Source: Rhodanobacteraceae bacterium (GTDB taxonomy: Bacteria > Pseudomonadota > Gammaproteobacteria > Xanthomonadales > Rhodanobacteraceae). From it: a stretch of 38,561 nt of DNA. This document shows positions 1-9,115 of the stretch, piece by piece. The notes under the pieces were generated by a model, which ran no database searches, was not told where the DNA came from, and saw only the letters and a list, made by a program, of their open reading frames with translations. The first letter of the stretch is position 1. Every line of letters begins with the position of its first letter. A program made the translations under genes and the position numbers. Location of the stretch: the NCBI GenBank assembly GCA_035996605.1, contig DASYJJ010000093.1:1-38561 (forward strand), read 5' to 3'.

Positions 1-1626
1 ATCCTCGGCCGGCGAAGAAATCACGTTGTCGCCGGCGGAAACAACCGCGATCGTCGGCACGTGCGGCTTCGGCGGCGCTGCGGGTTTTTCCGGAACGGCA
101 CTGGCGATTCGCGGCGGCGGCGCGTTTTCGGCGGCTTGCGCGGCAGGTAGATCGCGCAACGCTTCGACACCGGCTTGCGACGCGCGCGCGGCGGGCGCGC
201 CCGAGGCATCCATCGACGCATCGGCCGCCGAAGTCGGCGGCGCCGCCTGCGCACCCGGAGGTGTCGTCGGCGCCGCAGCGACCGCGCTCGGCGCAATGTT
301 TGACGTCGATGTCATCGATGCGGTCGTCGAAGCCGACGTCATCGACGCATTGGCCGCGCCCGGAGTTGCGCTTGCATTGGCGGAATTCCCCGCCGGCGAA
401 GCAGCTTGGACGCTTGCGCCGCTCGGAGTTGTCGGCGTCGAGACCGAAGCAGTCGTCGCCGGCGAACCGAACATTCCCGACAAACCCGGAATGCGATCGC
501 GGAATGCAAACGCGGTCCCGACGAGACCGAGCACGAGAATCGCCGCGATCGCCCAAGGCAATGCGGAGTTTCGCTGCGACGTTTGCGTCGAGCGATCGAG
601 CACCGACTGATGCGGCGCACCTGGAGCGGCCGGAGGCGGTGCGAGGCTCGATGGCGTGATGCGTGTTTGAGCGGCGCCCTGCGCGACTCCGATCGGCGTG
701 CGCGGCGTCGACGGCAACGACGTCTGCGCCGAGACTGGCGTCTTCTGCCCGATCATCGTCGCCGCAGCGGTCGACATCTTCGGCTGCAGCGTGATCGGTC
801 CGCCCTTGGCGACGAGCGGATGCGCGCCAAGATCGGCCATGAGCTCGTGGCAATTCTGGTAGCGCTCGGCAGGATCCTTGGCGATCATGCGATCGAGAAT
901 GCGCGCGATCTCCGGATCGACGTCGGCATTGATCTCGCGTACGTCGGGAATTTCCGCCTTGACAACTTCGAGCATCAGCCCGAGCGGCGATTCATCCGTG
1001 AACGGCATGCGGCCGGTCAGCATCTCGAACATCACGATGCCGAGCGAAAAGATGTCGGAGCGCTGATCGACCGGCTTGCCCAGGCACACTTCCGGCGAGA
1101 GATAGCCCGGCGTGCCGACGAATTCGCCGGTGGTCGTCAGTTTCTTGGAAAGATCGTGATTCGAAAGCGCGATGCCGAAGTCGGCGATCTTGATCGCGCC
1201 GCGACTGTTGATCATCAGGTTGCCGGGCTTGATGTCGCGGTGGACCACGCCGCGATCGTGCGCGGTCGCCAGGCCCATCGCGGTCTGCTGGATCACCTTG
1301 GCCGATTGCTCGACCGAAAGTTTCCCCTCGCGCTTCAACATCGAGCCGAGCGATTCGCCCTCGACGAATTCCATGACGAAATACGTCTGGCCTTCGTCGT
1401 CGCCGATGAAATAAATCTGGATGATGTGCGGATCGTTGAGCGCCGCCATGCTGCGCGCTTCGCGCAAAAAGCGTTCCTTGACCGCTTCGTCGTGCGCCAG
1501 CGAATCGGCGAGCACCTTGATCGCGACGTAGCGGTTCAGCGAGGTCTCGTGGCCCTTGTAGACCACGCCCATGCCGCCGCGGCCGAGTTCGGCGACGATG
1601 TCGTAGTGGCCCAAGCGCGTTCTCAT
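1..1626 (-). CDS. Hanks-type Ser/Thr protein kinase with TM helix and extracytoplasmic tail (3' end outside window)
   Basis: Not in ORF track (open-ended). Hand translation: MRTRLGHYDIVAELGRGGMGVVYKG..VAIKVL..HRDIKPGN..KIADFGIA; TM WAIAAILVLGLVGTAFAF; GGGAG RBS before ATG at 1626. Confidence 0.95.
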   Translation of the reverse strand, partial: MRTRLGHYDIVAELGRGGMGVVYKGHETSLNRYVAIKVLADSLAHDEAVKERFLREARSMAALNDPHIIQIYFIGDDEGQTYFVMEFVEGESLGSMLKREGKLSVEQSAKVIQQTAMGLATAHDRGVVHRDIKPGNLMINSRGAIKIADFGIALSNHDLSKKLTTTGEFVGTPGYLSPEVCLGKPVDQRSDIFSLGIVMFEMLTGRMPFTDESPLGLMLEVVKAEIPDVREINADVDPEIARILDRMIAKDPAERYQNCHELMADLGAHPLVAKGGPITLQPKMSTAAATMIGQKTPVSAQTSLPSTPRTPIGVAQGAAQTRITPSSLAPPPAAPGAPHQSVLDRSTQTSQRNSALPWAIAAILVLGLVGTAFAFRDRIPGLSGMFGSPATTASVSTPTTPSGASVQAASPAGNSANASATPGAANASMTSASTTASMTSTSNIAPSAVAAAPTTPPGAQAAPPTSAADASMDASGAPAARASQAGVEALRDLPAAQAAENAPPPRIASAVPEKPAAPPKPHVPTIAVVSAGDNVISSPAED

Positions 1627-1815
1627 TTCGACTCCCCTGCGGACGGATGCCGCGAATGCAGCGCATCCTAGCACCGGGGCCCCGGGCGGGCTCGCGGAAC
1701 GAGTCGCGGCCGGGACCGTGCATGGCGCACCTGCCGAGTGTGATGCGATTCTCAGTGCCGCCGCGATTGAGGCTGAGCGGCGGCGCCGCCTACACTCCTG
1801 CCCCTGCGTTCCGTG

Positions 1816-3237
1816 ATGCCGCCGATGCCCGACCTTCTCCGATTGCCGAAATGGGCGCTGGCGCTCGGCGCCGCGCTTGCGATCCTCGGGCTCGCGCGCG
1901 GGCTCATTGTGGTCCAGCACGATCCGCTGCTGGCGATCGCCAACAGTTACGATCAGATCCGCTACACGACCTGCATCGATCTCGCACCTTGGCGGCCGGG
2001 CGTGCAGGCCGATCGTTCCAACCCGCCCGCGCCGTATTCGCGTTTCGCGTTCCAGCCGCTGCCCAAGGGCACCTGCATCTGGACTTCCGATCTCGTCTTC
2101 ACGGCGCCGACTGCTCTGGCGTGGCGGATCGCCGAGCGGCTCGGCGGCAGGCCGATTCATTCGGTTCGGCGTCTGGCGGATCTTCGTTTCCTCGCGTGGC
2201 TCGCGGTCGCCGCGTTCGGCGCTTGGTTCTTCGTGCGCGAACGCCGCGTCGATCTGGCGCTCGCACACTTGGCGGCGTTCGCGGTCGTCGCGATGGATCC
2301 CGCCAACACGCTCTATCTCGCGACGTTCTATGCTGAAGCCGCGGCCGTATTCGGACTCTATGCATGCCTCGTCGGCATCGCGACCGCGCTGGTGCGGCCG
2401 ACGCGCGGCGCGATCGCGCTCACCGCGATCGGTGCGCTGATGCTCGCGACGAGCAAGTATCAACACCTGATACTGCCTCTCGTTCTTGCGGCCGCGGTAC
2501 TTCTGGGTGCGCGCCGCGCCGGATCGAAAGTCGCGCTCGCGCTGGCGATCGCGGGACTCGTCGGCTTCGGCGTACAACTCGCGAATGGAATGCAACCGAC
2601 GTTGATGGCGAGCAACATCGCGCGCGTCAACCGTGCCGACTACACGCTTCTGGTTCTCTTGCCGGAGACGAGCGATCGCGAGCGCATCGTGACTACGCTC
2701 GACATCGATCAGGCGTGCCTCGAGTATTCCGGCAAGAGCGTCTATGCGATGAAACTTCCCGTCGAGAGAATCTGCAAGACGGTCGATCGGTGGCATCGCA
2801 CGACACTCTGGTGGCTCCTAGTCGCCGACCCACCGGCGCTTGGCCGTGCGCTGCTGCATATTCCCAACCTGCTGTTGCCGTGGGTGCCCGAGTATCTGGG
2901 AGTCATTGAGGGCGGCGACAACGCACGCCCGCCTGCGAGCGCTCCTACGCTGAGCGCGCTCTTCGCTCGCAGCATCGCGTTCGCCTGGTTTCTGCTGCTG
3001 TTGCCGTGGCTTGTGCTCGCGGGTTGTTTCGTGCGACCCGCCTCTTCGCTCGCTCGCGCGTTCGCGTTGTCGTGCGCAGCCGGCGTTGCGAGCGTCGCAG
3101 TCGCCTCGCTTCTCGGCGATGGCGACGTCGAGTTCGCCAAGCATGCGCACCTGACGATCAACTTCGCGCTGGCGAGCTTGTGCGTGCCATTCGCCGCGCT
3201 GATGCAGCGCATGCTCGCAAAGGATGGGCGCGGGTGA
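1816..3237 (+). CDS. Polytopic membrane protein, putative GT-C (WsfD-like) glycosyltransferase, paralog 1
   Basis: Many TM segments; ANSYDQIRY after TM1, DPANTLYLATFYAE, ATSKYQH, GDGDVEFAKH. Start could be 1813, 1816 or 1825. CDS is secure; function is inferred. Confidence 0.65.
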   Translation: MPPMPDLLRLPKWALALGAALAILGLARGLIVVQHDPLLAIANSYDQIRYTTCIDLAPWRPGVQADRSNPPAPYSRFAFQPLPKGTCIWTSDLVFTAPTALAWRIAERLGGRPIHSVRRLADLRFLAWLAVAAFGAWFFVRERRVDLALAHLAAFAVVAMDPANTLYLATFYAEAAAVFGLYACLVGIATALVRPTRGAIALTAIGALMLATSKYQHLILPLVLAAAVLLGARRAGSKVALALAIAGLVGFGVQLANGMQPTLMASNIARVNRADYTLLVLLPETSDRERIVTTLDIDQACLEYSGKSVYAMKLPVERICKTVDRWHRTTLWWLLVADPPALGRALLHIPNLLLPWVPEYLGVIEGGDNARPPASAPTLSALFARSIAFAWFLLLLPWLVLAGCFVRPASSLARAFALSCAAGVASVAVASLLGDGDVEFAKHAHLTINFALASLCVPFAALMQRMLAKDGRG

Positions 3238-4730
3238 ATTCCACGCGCGAATCCCGTCGACATCGCCTCGTCGTCGCCGTGCTCGCGATGCTCTGGCTTC
3301 TCGGGACGTTGCGCGCATTGTCGTTGTGCATGCACGACCCGCTGTATGCGTATGCGAACAGCTACGACGAGACGCGCTACACGAGCTGCTTTCATTTCTA
3401 TCCCGATCGCCCGGCCAATGTTCCTGCGCAGCTACACAGCCCTGAAGCGCCGTACGCGCATTTCCGTTTCATTCCGACGAGCGATCCGATGTGCTACTGG
3501 TCGTCGGAACTCGTCTTCACCGGCGCGACGGCGTTGATCTGGAAGAGCACCGAACTCGTTCACGGCGATATCGTTCACGACGCGCGCTGGGTTGCGGTTC
3601 TGCGTTGGTCGACGCTGCTCGGTCTTTCGATTGCCTTTTCGCGCGCGTGGTTGCGAAGGAACGATGCGCGCGCCGCAATCGCGAACGCAGCGCTGGTGCC
3701 GCTTGTGTTTGCCGATCCCGGCAACACGCTGTATCTCGCGACGTTCTATGCGGAGTGGACGGCGCTAGTCGCCTGCTATGCGCTGATCGGGATGGTCCTG
3801 CTTTGGAAGGACGAATACACGCGATCGCGTTTTGTCCTGCTGGCATTGGCGGCCTTCATTCTTGCGACCAGCAAGATGGAGCACATGCTGCTGCCACTCG
3901 CATTGACTGGTACCGTTTTCCTCATCGATCGACTGCGTCTCGCGCGCACGAGCTGGCGCGCGCTCGCGCTCGCGTGCGGCGCGGCGGCAGGTGCGTATTT
4001 CCAATTCGTGCAGACAACGCGCGAAGGTCCGATGATGGACACGATCCGTCAATACAACACGGCCGACGTGGTCTTCACAGGGCTGGTTCCGTTTTACGAC
4101 GATCCGCGCGCGCTGCTGACGGAAATCGGGATCGATCCCGGCTGCGCGATCTATAGTGGAAAGCGCGCGTGGCAGCTGCCGGACCTGCCGGAACGCACCT
4201 GCCGCGGGCTGATCAATTTCACGCGTGGCGTGGAGATCGGTGCGCTGCTACGTCACCCGTCGATCGCCGCCAAGCTCGCCGTGCAGGGCGTGTCGGCGCT
4301 CGATCCCTGGCTCGCCGAAAACATCGGACATGTCGAAGGCGCATCGTTCGGGAAAATTCCGGCGTCGGTTCCAACCATCGGCCGCGTCCTCCACGCGAGT
4401 CCGGTGATTCAGATCCCGATGCTCGCATTGCCGGTGCTGGCCTTGCTCGTACTGCTGGTGCGGCCTGGAATCCGGGCCGGCGCAGCCGTGCCAGGCGCGA
4501 CCGCGCTCGACGCCACCGCGCTCGTCGTCGTCGCGATGGTCGCGACGCTCGCGGTCACCTTGCTCGGCGACGGGCTGGCCGACACGGCAAAACAGGATCA
4601 TCTCGTCATCAACGCGGCACTGGCGTGGCTCGCATGCGGCCTTATGATGCGCATCCCACCGAGTCGCCGTCCGCTGGCCGTCGATGTGTCCGGCGGCCGA
4701 GTGGCACCGTCGCCGAGGGATCCCGCATGA
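3234..4730 (+). CDS. Polytopic membrane protein, putative GT-C (WsfD-like) glycosyltransferase, paralog 2
   Basis: GTG start overlaps upstream TGA (GTGA); ANSYDETRY, DPGNTLYLATFYAE, ATSKMEH, GDGLADTAKQDH. Confidence 0.65.
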   Translation: MNSTRESRRHRLVVAVLAMLWLLGTLRALSLCMHDPLYAYANSYDETRYTSCFHFYPDRPANVPAQLHSPEAPYAHFRFIPTSDPMCYWSSELVFTGATALIWKSTELVHGDIVHDARWVAVLRWSTLLGLSIAFSRAWLRRNDARAAIANAALVPLVFADPGNTLYLATFYAEWTALVACYALIGMVLLWKDEYTRSRFVLLALAAFILATSKMEHMLLPLALTGTVFLIDRLRLARTSWRALALACGAAAGAYFQFVQTTREGPMMDTIRQYNTADVVFTGLVPFYDDPRALLTEIGIDPGCAIYSGKRAWQLPDLPERTCRGLINFTRGVEIGALLRHPSIAAKLAVQGVSALDPWLAENIGHVEGASFGKIPASVPTIGRVLHASPVIQIPMLALPVLALLVLLVRPGIRAGAAVPGATALDATALVVVAMVATLAVTLLGDGLADTAKQDHLVINAALAWLACGLMMRIPPSRRPLAVDVSGGRVAPSPRDPA

Positions 4731-5266
4731 CCGCACCGCCGGCAGTGATCGACCTTCTCCTCCGGCTCGGAGCCGAGCTGGATTTCGACGCGGCGAAGGA
4801 CGTCCGATGCGAAGGCGGGGCCGTCGATGTCGTCTGGTTCGATCGCTGTCTTCCTCTCGCCGCGATCGATGCGGCGCAATTGGACCTGCGCGAGGTTCCG
4901 GCGTTGCCGATCGTTGCGTTCATCGCGAGAACGGCGGCGCTGCTCGAAGCCGCGGAGCTTGCCGCGATCAGAACCACGCTCGAAGAAACACGCGCGCCGC
5001 TGCGAATTCTCGTCATCGGCAGGGACAGTCGAGCCAGCGCGCTCGCGCCGACATTGCAGTCGGTCGATCAGTTGCGAAGGCAAGACGGCGATGCAGCACT
5101 GCGCACGCGGATCTCCGAATCATTGCGCAGCGAAACACGCGCTCCGGGCCGCACCATCGCCATGCTGCAGAACGAGCTCGTCGAGTGGGCTCGCAGGTTG
5201 AGGGAAGCGCGGCCGCGATCCTATTCCGCCGAAACTCTGTTCAACCGCACGGGTGCAATCGACTGA
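4727..5266 (+). CDS. Hypothetical protein, possible degenerate PD-(D/E)xK fold
   Basis: ATGA overlap with upstream stop; MTAPPAVIDLLLRLGAELDF..GGAVDVVWFD..PIVAFIAR. Confidence 0.6.
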   Translation: MTAPPAVIDLLLRLGAELDFDAAKDVRCEGGAVDVVWFDRCLPLAAIDAAQLDLREVPALPIVAFIARTAALLEAAELAAIRTTLEETRAPLRILVIGRDSRASALAPTLQSVDQLRRQDGDAALRTRISESLRSETRAPGRTIAMLQNELVEWARRLREARPRSYSAETLFNRTGAID

Positions 5267-5281
5267 AGCGCCCGAATCGCC

Positions 5282-6280
5282 TCAGACATGTATGCCGTCG
5301 ATTTCGACGAGGAGCTCGCGGCGGCAGATGTCGCCGTGGAGGATGACCAGCCCGTCCGGAACGCCCATGATTTCGCGGAGCCTCGTCACCACTCGCGCCG
5401 CGTCCGCGCGCCGGCGCACATAAATCTTGAGAACGCTGCCGGTGCCCGGCACGGCGGATGTGTCCGCCACGGCGGTTCGAATCAGGCTCGCGATATTGGT
5501 AATGGTTTCGTCGAGTTGCGCAGCAACGTCGTCCTCGTGCCGCGATGCGGATCCGACCACGGCCGCGGTTCCCGAAATCAATAGTTGCCCGGCCGCGGTG
5601 ATCATGCCGCGCGCGAACGTCGGTGCGATTGGTCCGTATTGTCGCGGATAAAGCCATGCATTGACTTGCCGCGGGTTCTCGACGGGAACGCCGGCGCATC
5701 GTGCGGTCAGCGCATAGATCTGTATGACGCGCACGCCGTCGCGGCGTCCGATGGCCGTCGCTGCGGGATAACGATCCTGTCGGGAATCGGACATGCCCGA
5801 CGCGCGGCCAACGCAGAAGCGGCGGTAGCGTTCGTTGTCGCCTTCGCCGAGATTGATCGCGTCGAAATAGTTCCAGATGCGCAACACGTTCGGAGTCGCG
5901 CTCGCTTGAATGACCGAGACGAGGTCGCGATACGCATGTTCGGCAGCGGCCGCGATGCCGTCTTCGGTGTTCTCTTCGATCTCGATCGCGAAGAACCCGT
6001 AATCGCCGTCGCTGCTCCAACAGACGCGGCCTTCGCGGCCCATGTTGACCGGACCCTTCGCGCGCCACACCTCGACGACGGGATCGCCGATGATCTCGAG
6101 TCCGATGCGCACGAAGCGCGGATCGGCATCGGCGGTAGCCGTGCCTTCGAACGCGATCACGGCGAGCACATCGGCCCGTTTTAGCAAAGCAGTCGGGGCA
6201 TCGCTCGAATACTCGATGCGCAACGGCGGCAAAGTCGTTGGAAGTTCGGGCACTGCGCTGGGGGCGAAAACCTGGGACAC
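5282..6280 (-). CDS. xanB2: FkbO/Hyg5-family chorismatase (hydroxybenzoate-forming), XanB2-like
   Basis: RIWNYFDAIN, YRRFCVGR, YPAATAIG, ENPRQVNAWLYPRQYGP..TFAR, ISGTAAVVG, GDICRRELLVEIDG. Start GTG 6280 (alternative 6253). Confidence 0.88.
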   Translation of the reverse strand: MSQVFAPSAVPELPTTLPPLRIEYSSDAPTALLKRADVLAVIAFEGTATADADPRFVRIGLEIIGDPVVEVWRAKGPVNMGREGRVCWSSDGDYGFFAIEIEENTEDGIAAAAEHAYRDLVSVIQASATPNVLRIWNYFDAINLGEGDNERYRRFCVGRASGMSDSRQDRYPAATAIGRRDGVRVIQIYALTARCAGVPVENPRQVNAWLYPRQYGPIAPTFARGMITAAGQLLISGTAAVVGSASRHEDDVAAQLDETITNIASLIRTAVADTSAVPGTGSVLKIYVRRRADAARVVTRLREIMGVPDGLVILHGDICRRELLVEIDGIHV

Positions 6281-6322
6281 GGACTCACGCGACGCTGCGC
6301 GCGGGATGCGCGGCCGCGCGGA

Positions 6323-6331
6323 TGATACACT
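6323..6331 (+). promoter_or_regulatory. Candidate extended -10 (TGnTACACT) for the ACP gene
   Basis: tgatacact about 47 nt before ACP ATG; GGGGAG follows in the leader. Confidence 0.4.
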
Positions 6332-6377
6332 GCGCGGCCTTTTTTCCGCCCCAAAGGGGAGCACAGGTCTCCCGCCG

Positions 6378-6659
6378 ATGGATACGCCAACCGCCGCGCA
6401 AACTCCCGCCGAGCACGAGCTCGCCGAGCTCATCGTGCAAAGCCTGAACATCGATTGGGTGAAGCCCGAAGCGATCGGCCCCGATGCGGCGCTGTTCGGC
6501 GGCGACCTCGGGCTCGATTCGATCGATGCGCTGGAGCTCGCGCTCGCGATATCCAAGCGCTACGGGTTCCAGCTGCGCTCGGACAATCCCGACAACAAGC
6601 GCATCTTCGGCAGCCTGCGTGCGCTCGCCGATCACGTTCAGCAGCACCGCGTCGGCTGA
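6378..6659 (+). CDS. xanC: Acyl carrier protein, xanthomonadin/aryl-polyene type
   Basis: 93 aa acidic protein with LGLDSIDALEL phosphopantetheine site; between chorismatase and halogenase. Confidence 0.9.
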   Translation: MDTPTAAQTPAEHELAELIVQSLNIDWVKPEAIGPDAALFGGDLGLDSIDALELALAISKRYGFQLRSDNPDNKRIFGSLRALADHVQQHRVG

Positions 6660-6664
6660 ACGAC

Positions 6665-7993
6665 TCAAGCCGGATCAACCGGCGTGTTGCCTCCGCTGAA
6701 TGCGTAGCGCGCCTGCTTCTTGCGATTGATGAGATCGCCGATGAATCGACGCAGGTTCAAGACGCCGCCGATCGCATAGATCACCTTGAAGAAATGCAGC
6801 CGGCGCATCACCGCCGCGCTGTCGAACACATCGCCGGCCAGCATCGAGATCACGCCATCCTCGACACGCCAGACATTGCGCGGACTCGCGAACAGGCCGC
6901 GCATCACCGGCGAATTGAATCGGTAGATGAACCACGAGAACACGCGGATGCCGCGCCGGATGCGCCGCGTGAACGCGGCCTGCAGCGCCGCTTCCCTCGC
7001 AGGCTCGTGGAGGATCGAATCGACGAGCGCCGCCGCCTGCTTGCCGCTGTGCATCGCAAGGTACACACCGGACGAGAACACCGGATCCACGAACGCATAC
7101 GCATCGCCGACCATCACCCAGCCCGGGCCGGCCATGCGAGAACAGGTGTACGAATAGTTGCCGGTCACGCGCACTTCGGAAATCATTTCCGCAGCGGTCA
7201 TCCGCGCCCATGCGTCCGGCATCGTCTGCAGAGCTTCGAGCAGAAACGCTTCGTTGCGCCCACGCCGTTGCTTGAGATACTCGGGCCAGCACACGCAGCC
7301 GACGCTCATCACGCCATCGCGCAGCGGAATGAACCAGCACCAGCCGTGCGGAAAATTGTAGATGCTGATGTTGCCCGCATCCTCGCCGGGCCGGTGTAGG
7401 ACGCCGCGGAAGTGCGCGAAGATCGCAGCGCTCTGGTGCTTGTCGTTCTTGCGCTTGAGCTTGAGCGTGTTGCCGAGCAGCGTGTCGCGTCCGCTGGCGT
7501 CCACGAAATAGCGCGCGCGGATCGTCAGCGCGTTGCCGTCAGCGTCGTGCGCCTCGGCGATGACCTTGTCGACGCCTTGGACGTCGACTTTGCCGACTTT
7601 CACGCCCTCGCGCGCATCGACGCCGCTCTCGCGCGCGTGCTCGAAAAGCATCTGATCGAATTCCTCGCGCTTGACCTGAAACGCATGCGGCGGCGAATGG
7701 CCGAGCGCGCGGCGGAAATGAAACGTCTGATAGTTGCCTTCGCCGGAAGGAAAGTCCGCGCCGAGCTTGAGCACGCCGAGTGCGCGCACTTTTTCGAGCA
7801 CGCCGAGCTCCTCCATGATCGGAAGATTGCAGGGCAGCAGCGATTCGCCGATGTGGAAGCGTGGGTGGCGATCCTTCTCGAGCTGGATCACGCGATACCC
7901 GCGGCGGTGCAGCAAGGTTGCCGCAGTCGACCCCGATGGCCCGCCTCCGACGACGAGCACGTCGCAATCGAAGGCGTTTGTTGCTTCGCTCAT
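6665..7993 (-). CDS. FAD-dependent halogenase
   Basis: DVLVVGGGPSG, HPRFHIGESLLP, GVLKLGADF, WCWFIP (WxWxIP), GDAYAFVDPVFSSGV; AGAGGA RBS. Confidence 0.9.
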   Translation of the reverse strand: MSEATNAFDCDVLVVGGGPSGSTAATLLHRRGYRVIQLEKDRHPRFHIGESLLPCNLPIMEELGVLEKVRALGVLKLGADFPSGEGNYQTFHFRRALGHSPPHAFQVKREEFDQMLFEHARESGVDAREGVKVGKVDVQGVDKVIAEAHDADGNALTIRARYFVDASGRDTLLGNTLKLKRKNDKHQSAAIFAHFRGVLHRPGEDAGNISIYNFPHGWCWFIPLRDGVMSVGCVCWPEYLKQRRGRNEAFLLEALQTMPDAWARMTAAEMISEVRVTGNYSYTCSRMAGPGWVMVGDAYAFVDPVFSSGVYLAMHSGKQAAALVDSILHEPAREAALQAAFTRRIRRGIRVFSWFIYRFNSPVMRGLFASPRNVWRVEDGVISMLAGDVFDSAAVMRRLHFFKVIYAIGGVLNLRRFIGDLINRKKQARYAFSGGNTPVDPA

Positions 7994-8081
7994 GCTGTCC
8001 TCTCTGCAACGTCGGCAAGCGAACGCTATGTTACAGTCGCGGCGCGTTCTACGCCGCCGAAACTGCCCGCGCGTGCCTCCA

Positions 8082-8819
8082 GTGTCCGCCACCTTGCCTA
8101 TTCCACCCCCGCTTTCAAATCCAGATCGCCGACCGCGCGCCGCTGCGATCGTTCTGGTCGCTTATCTCCTCGTGCTCGCACTCGCGCTGCTGAGCGGACG
8201 CGTCTGGCTCGAGGACGTGGCCGCGTTCCTTCTGGCAACTCTGCTGCTGTGGCCGGCTTTGCGCAGACGCAGCATCCTCGCCGGCGCGCTCTGGCTCGCG
8301 ATTGCGTTCGCCATCGCCGCGTTGTCCGTGACCGGGCACGGCAGAATCGCTCTCGACTTCATGCCGGTGATGGTCAATGCGGCGCTGTGCAACCTGTTCG
8401 CTCGTACGCTCGCGCATGGCCACGAGCCATTGATCGCGCGCGTGATCGCGGTGCTCGAGAGCCCGGCGAGGCTTGCACTTCCGTGCGTCGCCGATTACGC
8501 GCGCAAGCTCACTCTCGCGTGGGCGCTGCTATTGGGCGCGCAGGCGGCGGTGCTGACGATCCTCATTCTCTGTGCGGTCCCTGACGGCCTGCTGACGGCT
8601 TTCGGAATCAAACCTCCGATCGAAATCAGCGGATCGCTCTGGCGCTGGTATTTGCATCTCGGAAGTTACGCGACCGTGCTGGCGTTTCTCGTTATCGAAT
8701 ATGCGTACCGGCGCTGGCACCTGCGCCACATTCCGCACGTCTCGTTGCCGACCTTCGTTACGCGCCTGGTGCGGCGTTGGCCCGCGCTTGCGCAGAGCGT
8801 TGTGAGCGACCTCTCATGA
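8082..8819 (+). CDS. Xanthomonadin/aryl-polyene cluster membrane protein
   Basis: About 6 TM; FARTL..EPLIAR, YARKLTLAW, IEYAYRR; ATGA-coupled to the dehydratase. Start uncertain. Confidence 0.75.
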   Translation: MSATLPIPPPLSNPDRRPRAAAIVLVAYLLVLALALLSGRVWLEDVAAFLLATLLLWPALRRRSILAGALWLAIAFAIAALSVTGHGRIALDFMPVMVNAALCNLFARTLAHGHEPLIARVIAVLESPARLALPCVADYARKLTLAWALLLGAQAAVLTILILCAVPDGLLTAFGIKPPIEISGSLWRWYLHLGSYATVLAFLVIEYAYRRWHLRHIPHVSLPTFVTRLVRRWPALAQSVVSDLS

Positions 8820-9115
8820 CGAACGCTCGCGAGATCGTTGAAGCGTTGCGCATTCCAGCGTCGCATCCGGCGCTGGCCGGACATTTTCCCGGCAATCCGA
8901 TCGTACCCGGCGTGGTTCTTCTCGATCGCATTTCGGCAGCGCTCGAGCGTGCTGATGGCGAACATCTGGCGAACATCGGCGTGGTGAAATTCATGCTACC
9001 GCTCAGGCCCGAAGAGGACGCCGAGCTGCGCATCGTTCGCGACGGCACGCGCGTCTCGTTTCGCATCGACCGCGCGGAATCGGTGATCCTCCGCGGCGAA
9101 GGCGAGATCGAATGA
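8816..9115 (+). CDS. FabA/FabZ-like hotdog dehydratase (ApeI-like)
   Basis: HPALAGHFPGNPIVPGVVLLD, VKFMLPLRP; ATGA overlaps at both ends. Confidence 0.88.
   Translation: MTNAREIVEALRIPASHPALAGHFPGNPIVPGVVLLDRISAALERADGEHLANIGVVKFMLPLRPEEDAELRIVRDGTRVSFRIDRAESVILRGEGEIE

Noticed and set aside
406-1671. 421-aa plus-strand ORF
   Set aside because: Antisense shadow of the kinase; Arg-rich with no motifs.
1756-1788. gccgccgc/gcggcggc inverted repeat before the GT-C operon
   Set aside because: Short GC-only match expected by chance at this composition.
6281-6556. N-terminal extension of the chorismatase ORF
   Set aside because: Overlaps the ACP gene antisense.
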